A stretch of 64,000 nucleotides of DNA from Bugula neritina. Lineage: Eukaryota; Animalia; Bryozoa. Under the pieces are notes generated by a model that saw only the letters and a program-made list of their open reading frames with translations, was not told where the DNA came from and did no database searches. A program made the position numbers and the translations under genes. Where the stretch lies: assembly GCA_964035545.1 (NCBI GenBank), contig OZ037766.1:31672773-31736772 (forward strand). Direction: 5' to 3'. This document shows positions 12,331 to 23,935 of the stretch, in pieces. Numbering within the stretch: the stretch's first letter is position 1; each line of letters starts with the position of its first letter.

Positions 12331-13019
12331 TACTGTATAGCTGTTACTAATATGGCTATGCCTTAGCGATTTACTATAAAAAGTATTATATGCATATAAC
12401 TTATGGTAATTACCTTGTAGATTGTTGATGACTCCTTTTAAAGCTGGGTCTTACAGAGAAGTGACTTCAGAGAGCTGTTGGGTGTAGCAAGAGACTTCTT
12501 GTCGGTTAGGTCCACGTCAGCTTGCTCAGGATAGGTTGCTGCATTTACAAGGGTGGCTGCATCTCCATTAAGGGTAGGGCCACGTACATTAAGGGTAGGG
12601 CCACGTACATTAAGGGTAGGGCCACGTAGCTGCAGAGATTAGGATGCTTGCCTGTCAGAGCTGACTTCAAAGCGAAAGTGTAATTGCAATTATAATGAAA
12701 TTAGTAAAGGGAGACAACTTGGCTATTTTTATAATATTAATTATCTCTATAGTCTGCATACCAATAGAAAGTTAATTTATATGTGGAAGAGCTGAGGGTC
12801 AGAAGATGAGAATGTGGAATAAATCCAAAATCCACTACGACAATGTTATAGGGATACAATTATGCTGCGAAAGTAATTATGTTGTGGTTTTCAAAAAACT
12901 ATTTAACTGTTTATCAAGTGTGTCAGCTAGCTTTGAAATTTGATAGAATAAAGTGTAGTGACAGTAAAAAAAAGTTGGTAGTAATTTATTGCAGTACTTA
13001 GCTATACAACACAACAACA

Positions 13020-16000
13020 GAAATAATCACAGAGCAGAAAGTCAACTGACTAAAGATGAAGGTGCTTCATCTCTGCACTGGTAAGTTTCGTTAACTTATA
13101 GAAATAATATGAATAAATGGAAGGATAAAGCTCAAATATACATGTTTTAGTTAGTTTAGTAGTTTGGTAAGCTATATTGACTGAGCTTTGCTTGCTGATG
13201 ACTAAAGTTACAGAGGGTTTCCTACTAACATATACTGTTTCCCCAACACTTGTTATACTGAGATTTTTCTTCTGAATTTGTCTAAAAGTTGTTATCATTT
13301 TAGCACCAACTGAGTGGAACAACTTCTGCTTCAATTTATGGCGCTTACTTTAACTGTAACTGCAACTGTATAGCCGTACTTGCAACCATAACCATACTGT
13401 TTTAACCACTGAACTGAAACTATAAGGGTTATAGTATAATGGTTTTAACCAATTTTAGGTAAAAAGGGCACAGGTAATAATCATAATGGCGCAAATGAAA
13501 AAGTAGGTAAAATGGTATACTGATGTTAAATTTTTCCAAACCCCAAATTCAAATGCCCCACTTAAAACCCAAACTCTTCATCTAAGTCCTACTATTGAAA
13601 AAGTACCATTTTTACTTATTTTGCCATTTTTACTGGACACAGTATTAACCATTGCAAGATAATGGTGGCCAGAGCATAACCAATAAGTGTAACATAAAAG
13701 CAACTTAGACTGAAATTTCATAATTAATGTCTTTATAATGCTAAACGAAGTAGCCATATACTTGCAATTAGTCCATTTATTAGATACATGTGTGACTTGA
13801 TCAATAGTAATAGTGGGAGGAGTGAGGGAGGAAGTCAAGTTGGGTGACCACAAGTTGGTTTCAAGATATTATATTATAGCCACCTTTTCAAATAGCCCAG
13901 TCTGCTTAATGGGCATGCGTTGAGGGGCAGTGGCAGTGCCAAATCTTCTACCTAATTGCTGGTTTTGTTGTGATTAACTCGACCAACAACAGGAATTGAA
14001 GTGCCAAGTGCTTAAACATGCTTTTAGTTTGACCATGTGTTAGAAACTGTTACTAAAATTTTTTTTAACCAAAGAATGTCATTTAAAGATGAGTTGAAGC
14101 ATAAAGCAGAGCTCTGGTTGTGTGGGTAAACTACAATGACTCATCTGCTACTTTAGGAGTCTGATTTGAGCCATCTTCAAGCATTTTAAATTTAAAGCAA
14201 GCGCAACCAGTGAAATTTAGTAAATACTATAATTTGTAACACTAGCAAATAGCGAGTAGCACCTAGCAATCAACAATTAGCAATTGGCAATTGGCAACTG
14301 GCAATTAACAGTTAGCTAGCAAATCGAACCGCTTTCCTAGACATATTCATCTTTATTCAGAGCAAAACACTAGAAATCATTTGTGTTGCTGTTACCCAGT
14401 TACCTAGCTGTGTATTTTAATATAACTAATAATAATATAATTATCCAGTATCGCCTATTACAAGAGAAAGTTCTAGTTAGAGCAAAGGTGGTGCAAAAAG
14501 TGACCAGTGTCAAACAGGTCCTATTATGCTGCCAGCCATTCGGTTTCTTGAATTAGGCTTGTTTATCTACGTTTTCTTATATTCATTTTAAAGCAAAGAA
14601 AATGCAGAGTTGAAAAATAAAAACAGTGCGTGATGCCAAGACCCTATGGCCTAATGCAAACATCACATAACTTCTTGTCATATGACTGGCTACAAAGGTT
14701 TATGGAAATACTATTGGTTTACATCCAAAACTTATATATATATAGTGGGTTTAGAAATGCTACAATGTACTTCATTTAAAGCTGCACTCAATAACTCATA
14801 ACAATCACCCAACTTACTTATCAATTAATCAATCTATTAATAGATATTTGAAAAGCTATAATTTCAACAAAATTCAGAAACTGTCATTAAATCCTTTGCC
14901 AAAGTTATTCAAACAACCAGACTTGACGGTTGAATAACCTAAGTGTGCTGGAAATAATATTTATTCTGAGTTTAGAGGTGCTGTTATAAACACTTCACAT
15001 GATGTTAGGAATACCATTCTCTAAAATAACACCATAAATCACACCTGGCTAGCTGTTGGTACTAACTGTATATAGCTATAGGTAAATGTCTATAAAATGT
15101 CTAAATAAATTGCTTGAACTAAATGAAGTACCAGCTAAGCTTTCTATAGAAAGGTATGCTAAATACTTTAGCTATTTGAAGCTTTTACTTACAGTAATTT
15201 AACTTCACTAAATAAAATACTAACTATGAGAATTTTACAACATAAATAGAAGTTTTTCAATCATATTTGATGCATTTCAGCTGGTTTTTGAGAAATAGGC
15301 TGGGAAATTGTCGTACACTACGATTAGTGATAATTGCTTCACATTAATTGAGATGCTTTTCTATTGGCTACTCTCTATATAAGAAATTGTAATAATTACT
15401 ACTCTTATGTTGATTGGTTGTAGTTCATGTAATCCTCACTCTGATTGGCTGTCACGAAGCTGTGAGAATAGTGAGGATAAAACTACCCTCCATGAAGTCA
15501 CAATCTACTAATATAACCACATCCTGGGATCTACCAGTTGGGTCTACAATAACAGTGGAGTGTGAGAAATCTTCACAGACCTTGACCTACGAGACTCACC
15601 GGTGGGCTGAGGTAGCAACCAATCACACCATCTAACTTCATGCAAATTTGATTTTAAGCCCTTTTGTTAATTGGCAAGCTCTAACTCACACGGGTTCTTT
15701 CATATTGGATAACGAATGTGTAATATACATTTTTATCAACACAGCTCTTTGGAATATAAATAAAAGAAAATAGTGCATTCAGTTTTTTTTGTTATGGCTC
15801 AGTTTTTCTTGACTTAAAAATGTTGACTAATAAAAAACTAGCTTCTTTGTGATGAACAAAAAAAGCAAAATATAGATAGTAAATGAAGTTGCCCCCTTTT
15901 GAATGATGTTAATTCAGGACTAAACCCCCAAAGCTATTGTAGCTCATAAAAAGGCAGTATTTTTGCAAATAAAGGAATTATTCTATAAGCAGCAATAGTA

Positions 16001-18767
16001 GTTGGGGATAAAGGATAATTTTAGTTTAGGGGTTTTAAGTTTAGGGAAAGGTAGGTGTAGTAATGAGGAAACAAAGAAAAGCCAGCATTCTAAATTCTAG
16101 ACAATGAATATTAAGAGAAATGAAGCTCTCAATTTAAGAAAATTATAAACCTACACCCTAAAACAAAGTTGATTAAAGAAATTGCTAAACTTGGGCATCT
16201 TAAATTTGTTCATTACTGTATCTGAAACGGGTTTTTTATCTGTTGGCTAATAGAATCCCAGTATTTAAAGCAACATTTCTACTTTTAAACAACACAATCC
16301 TAGATGCTATTCCTACAGTAAGCAATAATTAAACCTATAATATCTTATTACACAATTATTATTAAATCTTTGTTTCCTACATTTTAGAGTGAAAGGTTTA
16401 GTGGTGGTCGGTTTGTGCATAACTCATCTGCTAATGTGTGGACACTGAGTGATTTGCAATCAAGTGACACAGGATGGCTAGTGTGCTTCAACAATGGCAG
16501 CATTGGCAGTGGCAGCAATAATGGAAACACTACAGTTGAACTTGCTGACGTGGACAGCACCCAAAATTCATCTCTGTATATCTTTGTAAATAACCGTAAG
16601 TATATTTCAGAGTCATTAGCGTCTATTTTACTCCTGGTTGCCAGTTGATTGCAAAGTTGAGCACTAACAATTTTTTCTTATTTCATTATCAAAATGATTT
16701 CTGTATTCCTAACTTAATCGGTTATGCTGATGAAATTTGTTTAGTAGATTTTGCCAAACCTTTACAAAAACTAAGTGGCTAGATGAACTTGTGCTCTGTC
16801 TAGGCATCACTAAAATTTAAATTGAAATCTCAAACCAGTAGAAATACAACAGAGAGCTGATTAATGATGGCTATCTTTGATGTTTTGCAGCTGACTCATT
16901 AGATATGTTTGTCCCTCTTGAGTACTTGGTATACTACAAGTTGTTTTTTGGTGCATATTTTCCTTGCCTACCTACTAACTCGAGTACTGAAGTTACACTC
17001 ATACTTGGACCAGACCTAACTAATCAACTGACTGAGCTAGTCAAGGTGAAACATTTACCATTATCCACATGTTTTTTGTTCTGGCTACATGTTCCTTGAC
17101 TCCCTCAACTCCTAAAGTGATTTGTTTATGCCCAACATATTATGTATGAAGGCTTGGCCCCAGGCTCGTGAAAATCACACGAAACTCATGTGACGATTTT
17201 CGTGAGTTATCCTCTCGTTATGACCAGCCACACACTCGTTGAATGAAACACATAATAGATAGTCCGTGAATGAGTCTTGCACAAGATACCAACAGCAGAA
17301 AATAGCCAAATAGAGAAACGTGGTAGAAATGAAATAAGCACTGTTGCTAAAATTCTATTGACCAATCAAATGGTGCTTATCATTGATTGTGATTTTTTGT
17401 TCATCGCCTTCGTTGTGTACACCCAATGAAGATGATTCCGTTTGAATTTCCTCAAATTTTCTCATACGATTGTGTTTTCGCGTCAAATAGACAATTTCAT
17501 GTGATTCTCCCGAGTATGTGGTCAGGCCTTGACTGTAACTTTGACTGTAACTTTAAAATAGATTACTAGTAATCATTATTTAAAAATATCTAAATTTATT
17601 TCAATTTGGTACTCTATTGTGTTATTGTAATCAATTGATAATAGATTGCATCACTAATAGTAGCTATAACAGCTATCATAATCCAGTATATAAAAAATGA
17701 GTATTTCTCTTACAGTCTGACCTGTATAACATACAAGTTTTAATACACAGGGTGTAGACTACATCTTTGACAATCAAGAAGGGGTAAAGCTGCTTCAAAT
17801 ACCTTCCGATATATCATTTTACACGTGTCAGTATATAAATGGAGGGGATACAGTGTCAGAAAACTACTTCCTCTATATCGTAGATTTAGGTAGGTTTTTG
17901 AAAAGCTTTCATGTGGTAATTGTTTATTGAACACAATGTTTAGCAAAAATTAACATTTTTCTAATTTAGAAATGACATTTCACATTATTTAAAGTAATTT
18001 TCATGAATAATTTTAATGTTACTTCAACTCAAGTGTGGTTTGCTACCACCATGTTACATATTTGTTAGCTGCACTACCACACCCAATACTAAGTCCCGCA
18101 ACTCAACGAACTCACTATCTGGTTGGTGAAGACCTCACTATAGTGTGTTACATCCTGTTTGATGACATTGAATCTGTTGTGTACAAATACCCAGCATCCA
18201 ACTGCTCCTATAATGTCATTGATGATCTCGGCTGTGATAAGGTAGGAAAGGAATGTGTCTAAAATTGTTACTAAACAATTATCCTATTTCAAATATATAA
18301 ATAGTTCATCAGATATCAATTTATCATTCACTAAATAGTCAATTGAGATTTCAATTCTTTTTTATAATAAAAAATAGGAAGTTTACACCTTTTTAAACGT
18401 GACTGCGATTGTTTTTAGCTAGTGCATTTACACTTGTTTTAACAATTTGTCATTTTTCATTAGATAGTTCAACATGCATAAATGTAGTTATGCCTAAAAC
18501 TTTTTAGCCACGGAAATGCTTTAAACACATGATAGTACACATTTACTCTATATTTGTCAAGTTGAAGACCAAAGGGCGAATCACAATGACGCCATTGACT
18601 AAAGTCTCTCCAACCAATGTGACGTCTAGCATCATAATCCGAGACCTCCAACTCAATGACAGTGGGCTGTATACGTGTTCATATAAGATATATCAAGATA
18701 CAGAGTACAGAAGGCAAGACTCTCTGGAAATACATGTAGTAGGTAGGCTTGCAGGGAGAAATTGCCT
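13020..18767 (+). repeat. Segmental duplication of the gene C 5' region (paralogous to ~25427-31290)
   Basis: Exons and introns align from gaaataatcacagagcagaaa (13020 / ~25427) to gcttgcaggg.gaaattgcc (~18767 / ~31290). Paired near-identical ORFs in the track (15414/28382, 16415/29297, 16905/29784, 18035/30558, 18529/31053). Introns differ by indels. Confidence 0.95.
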
Positions 18768-20845
18768 TCATCTTGTGTATTATAGTACAGTATATAGTGT
18801 CAGGTGTGTATTATAGTACTGTATTAATAATATTATTATTATTATTCCAGCTCTACCTCCCAGCTCTAAAGGTATAGGATTTGCAACCCAAACAGTTCAG
18901 ACTGCATCTCAGTTAGTTGTTGGTGATGACTTCTACATGCACTGTCATGTGGCACGTTTTGAGTGTTTAGCTAATCAAGTGGCCATAACAGGAAGTGGTG
19001 GTGTTCGGTATACTCAAGGTCATGCTGATGCATTGTGGGCAGAGTAAGTGCTGTTTCCTGTAGATTGTGTGTTATAGAGATTTTTGACAATATTGAAAAT
19101 TTCTAAGAGTTGCGTAAGTTTTAAATAGCTACTTAATTTTTCACAGGAATGACAACTCCTACATATTGAGTGTTACTCTGACTGGCATTACGAGAAACAT
19201 GACAGGAAATCGGTATTTGTGTGGGTGTAACTCTAAAACCAGTGATGTCATGCTGACTGTACAAGGTAATCATTCTCCTGGCACCCTATTAGCTAAGTAT
19301 TTACAAAATTTTCTCAACTTTAACCTAACCTCGTGTTATTGTCTTGTTTTGGTGGCAAATTGTTACATTTCAGGTCGCATACTATAAAAAGCCTTACAAG
19401 ACTGTTAAGATGTATTACAATTTTATGTTCAGCAAAAGACAGTCTTTTTGGTGCTGTGTTATACTAAAGCTATCTTTTCAAATGCTAAAATCTTGCAACC
19501 AATAAAGTTGGTATGTGTGAATTGTAAAGTTGTTTTTAAAATAAAAATAAAAGGGTTAAATAGGTATTGCTGATGTCTGTTTATTCTTGAGGTGTTTGTA
19601 TCTGATCCATTAATGTGCTAGTTAAAACACCTCCATCAGCAGGCAAGATCAGCATTTAAAGTCTACTAACTTGTTGCGTCTAACTTTTTATAGCAAATAT
19701 ATATAAATCTATTTTACCTTCTTGTAGAGTTCGTGAGGCCTTTCTGGGCACTAAAATCTGATGCAATGATAAATGTAACAGTCGGAGATACGGAAACTTT
19801 CACCTGTCAAGCAGTTGGACAGCCTTTGCCGGAGGTCACGTGGTATAAAGATAATAAGAGGATACTGAATGACAGTAATACAGTGGTACTTGGTAGAAAT
19901 AATCATAGGTAAGTACTACAGTGTTACTTGGTAGAAATAATCATAGGTAAGTATTGCAGTAGTACTTAGTAAAAATGATCGTAGGTAAGTATTACAGTGT
20001 CACTCGGTAAAAATAGTCATAGGTAAGTAAAAGTAGGTGTATTTACACGTAAGTACAGCAGTACGTGCTAACCTGAACCTAGTTTTTGCTTTCCCTTGCT
20101 TACGCAATAAGATAACTATATGCTATATTTAGCCAACAAGACATTAGGAAACTGAAAATCAAAACACAAAGGTGATTAAGCTAGGCTCATCTTTTTGACT
20201 TAGATTTACATCAACATTTTATATTCTCCATACTGTTACAGTCTGACCATCATAGTTTGTCCAAGTTGTCTGCCCTTTCTTTTGCTCTACTCACTCCACA
20301 CTGTTACAGTCTGACCATCTACAAGGCTACACTTGAAGACTCGGGTTCTTATAGCTGTGTTGGTACGACAAGGCGCAGTCTCCCTATTTATAATAACTTT
20401 ACTCTCACTGTCGCTGGTTAGTATATAACATACTTTGACCTATATATTAATATGAACATTGACCTATATATTGATATTTACACTGACCTATATATTAGTA
20501 TCATGTACACTGACCTATATATTGATATGTACACTGACCTATATATCGATATGTATATTGACCTATATATCACTTATGTACATTGACCTTTATTCTTTAA
20601 TAACTATGTTTAAAGCTACTACTGTATTCCTCAATGCAGTGACTTAAACATCATGTATATACTTGTCTGTAAATTATTTAGCCAAGACAGCCAAGTTAAA
20701 GGATGTGGGGATAGCTATGATTGCAGTGTTGGTTCCGGCAGTGATATTCATCGTCATAGCAACCATTGTTTGTGTCATTCACCGAAGAAGGCGGACAAGG
20801 GAGGAAGTTCCACTGGAAAGACTGAGTACTAATCAAAATCTATAA
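13056..20845 (+). CDS. Gene B': chimeric kinase-less VEGFR-like membrane protein (SP-D1-D2-D3-D6-D7-TM-short tail), putative decoy receptor
   Basis: Exons 13056-13080, 15424-15611, 16388-16595, 16891-17045, 17751-17889, 18069-18241, 18562-18742, 18851-19043, 19147-19265, 19728-19908, 20310-20416, 20682-20845 join in frame. TM VGIAMIAVLVPAVIFIVIATIVCVI, then HRRRRTREEVPLERLSTNQNL*. No kinase exons before gene C. AATAAA at ~21177. Confidence 0.82.
17150..17529. mobile_element. 380-bp MITE, PIF/Harbinger-like (3-bp TSD)
   Basis: Imperfect TIRs: AGGCTTGGCCCCAGGCTCGTGAAAATCACACGAAA vs reverse complement of the right end AGGCCTGACCACATACTCGGGAGAATCACATGAAA. Flanked by TGA..TGA. The paralogous site in gene C (~30010-30022, cgtaTAActg) is empty. 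Confidence 0.8.
19881..20030 (+). repeat. 38-bp repeat x4 spanning the D7a donor (aatcatag|gtaagt)
   Basis: cagtggtacttggtagaaataatcataggtaagtacta units at 19881, 19919, 19957 and ~19995. Confidence 0.88.
20437..20590. repeat. ~24-bp degenerate minisatellite (gacctatatattgatatgtacact)
   Basis: ~6 units in the intron before the B' TM exon. Confidence 0.8.
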
Positions 20846-22931
20846 TACGTTTGCTGGTCACAATATTATAGTTATATTTTATGTAATATCTTTTCTATAC
20901 CTAGAATCTATTGCTGGGAAATAGAGTTTTAATTTATATAAACTATATATTGGTTCAAAATCACTAGTTTCGTAATCTAGTATTAATCGATATTTTTTTA
21001 AATCAACTTATAATTTTATTTTGGTAGTTTATTTATCTGTAAAACTATTTTTCCATCACAGTTGATCACAACATTTATTTTAATCTTTATATTTAAAAAT
21101 AATTACCAATAATTTATTGAAGTTGGCAAAGTTTTTCTATTGATTATGTTTTGCTTATGTTTGATGGATTTCCAAGAATAAAAAACAAGATAACAAGTTC
21201 AGATGCTGCCAGAAAAGTCATCACAATACTCCAAGCTTGCGAGAGTGCTCAGCACACTGCTTTCTGCATTGGAGCATTGTATGATTTGTAGCCATGGGGA
21301 GGTAACTCAGCAACCTATTGGCTGTTGCTAGAAAACAGCCCGTTTGTTCAAATGGTGCAGAAAAGTGAAGCCTAATATGCGTTGCTAGTTGGTGGTTGCG
21401 TTGCTAGTTGGTGGTTGTGTTGCTAGTTGGTGGTTTCTAGACCTGTATATATAAATCTTTTCTGTGGTATATTTACTAGTTGCCCCCTCTTTATTTTTGT
21501 AGTTTTAGGAAAGATAATTGATGTGAATTTCAAATTTTGCATGATTTTACAGCTAGGTGAGCACTAATATATTGATGGTATTATAGTAGTTTGCTATAGA
21601 ATTAGTTGTTTAGATGCTATAATAGTATTTTGTCAACTAGAAGTTATGCCCCTTTAATAATTTACTAATAAAAGAATGGTGTTAGTACGCAAGTGTTTTA
21701 CCGACATCTGCAAAATCCGTATCAAATTCAACAAAACTTAATAGCATTTTGTAAATTCAATTTTGGTGCTTGCAGTTGGAAGAGAAACCACGCTCCCCTC
21801 TCTCACCAAGAAATCAGGCAAGCTAGTATAATAGCACTGAGCATTGCTAACTTAATTTTCAGCTGTTACATTAAAAACAAAGGGGTTTCTATAATTGCTG
21901 TAATTTGATCTGCCTAAAATAGAATACATTATATTTCATTTTAGTGTGCCTGTCTTTGTTCATGTTTGGAATAATGCCTGATTTGTTTATTGAACTTTTT
22001 AGTCAATGACTTTAGAAGTTGCATAATGATTGCTATTCTGAAATTGACATGATGCTTTCATGGGTTGAATAAATTTATTTATTTAAGTATAAACTACTGG
22101 TAGGGATCATAGTTAATTAATTTACAGAATTTATTGCTGAGTAGGTACTCAGTTCTGTCTTCGCTATGAATCTTTTTTAGATATTTTTATGTCAATAGTT
22201 TCAGGCACTAATTGTGTACACCCTTCACTGGTTTCAATTAAAAACTCCTTTTGTACTTTTAGCTCTTCTATGTCTTTTCATTTCATTTTTTTGTTCATAT
22301 ACTATTTCTGTGAGATCAGCAGTCAATCTCTAAGTCACTTTACAGCTGCCCTGGATAACTATTTCTTACCATTATGGATAAAGAATAAAATAATTTGGTT
22401 TGAAAGTTATTCTGACCAGATGATGACGAGAAGTAGTTATATTTTATCAGCTTGCAGACCAAAAGGTATTTCCTGAAAATATGCTGAGCTGTGCTAAGAA
22501 ATTCTGACATGTGAAAACTGGGTTTATAGAGGCCTGCTAGATCTATGCTTCCATTAACTGAGGACTCATGTTAAAAATGATAAATAATAAACACGTTAAT
22601 TTATTGTTGCAATATTTTAAAAGCTATATATTTGAAAAACTAGAAGTTATCCCCACAATGTTACCTAACTTTAGCTTGTACCAAAATAGCATACATTATG
22701 TTACTGTGCTATTACTAACTAGCTTTAGTAGCACAACTTCCTGTGTTTGGAGCCATTTCCAAAGGAAACACACCAACACTACCAGCAACTTCTGGCATCG
22801 GCCCTGTTGTCCCATCTCTCTTCACTTTCTTCTTATGAGTCTTCCGCAGGCGGTAGGGGGTGAGATCGTGACTGAAGCTGATAAAAATAGAGTGACACTG
22901 AGTGCTATGACCTGCTGGTACAAGCTATACT

Positions 22932-23935
22932 AACACAAGTTGGCAGGCTTCAGCAGGTGCTAGTAAATCAGCTGAACATAAAGCCAAATGTTCTCATTGC
23001 ACATTAATTATTCGCTCAGCCACCTGGCAAGTTTCCAATTCAGTATAACAATATTCAACAAACTGATGCGTGAACAGTTTTTTTAATTAAAGATGTCTTT
23101 GCACTTGCAAATGCTAATTACTATAATTTCAATGCTATTTATTAGTATTTTATTAAATGATTATTTTTTTAAATAAAGCAATGACTTTAGTTAATCAGCT
23201 TTTGTTTAAATTGTCTAATTTTGTGTCCCTGGAACTTTTTTCTCTGTTTCAAAGTAGTAGGCCTAAAACCTCCTAATAACAGATTGCATTGTTATCAGAT
23301 GTATGTAGAAAGACTACCGTTATCACCTGTTTTTAGCTCTATATCATTATACTATATGTAATAACTGCATATACCACAACCTAGTAGTTGTCTTTTCTAT
23401 GTAAATATGTTATGATTTCCCAGCATATATATGTATAGAGTATACACGGCTCTTGGGAGTTGCTTCCCAACGTCACAGACACCCTGCTTCCTTTTTAAAC
23501 TCATTCTGGGACATCAAGGTTGATACCAACAAGGAATTATCTTCTCTCTCTTTTGTTCCCTGCTATACTTACTTATCTCTGTTATACTTACTTATTTTAA
23601 GCAATATCATCTGTCATCATGCAGATGTTTTTGCTGAAATGTAGTATTCACTGATTGCAATATTGCATGATGTTTACTGGCCAATATGTTGCATATAGGT
23701 GATTATCCTTTTCCACATGACACAAAACCCAACGGTGTATAGCTGTCTCTTATAGAGTTTGGGTCATGCGACATAACTTATTCGATGTTGCTGCATTCGT
23801 CCCACTGGTCACCAGTTAGTAATGTACTGGTACCAACTCTTGGTTTAGTTATGATATCTCAACCTTCTTCTTTAGGATTTTATTTACCTGTTTCCTCATA
23901 TTCTAAGAATTTCTATATATAATATCAAGCTATGT
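22932..23935 (+). repeat. Diverged copy of non-coding sequence from gene A last intron / alternative 3'UTR (~4639-5540)
   Basis: Collinear shared blocks: aacacaagttg.caggcttcagcaggtgctagtaaatcagctgaacat (4639/22932); gttatcagatgtatgta..tagctctatatcattatactatatgtaataactgcatataccacaacctagtag (4970/23291); gagtatacacggctcttgggagttgcttcccaacgtcacagacaccctgct; cagttagtaatgt.ctggtaccaactc. Confidence 0.9.

Noticed and set aside
17716-17750. Upstream acceptor ttacag|TCT for the D2b exon
   Set aside because: Gives an in-frame TAG; the acceptor at 17750 matches genes C and D.
22568-22933. 121-aa ORF with acceptor-like tract at ~22850, as a remnant tail exon of B'
   Set aside because: No recognisable similarity to the A or C tails and no compatible upstream donor.
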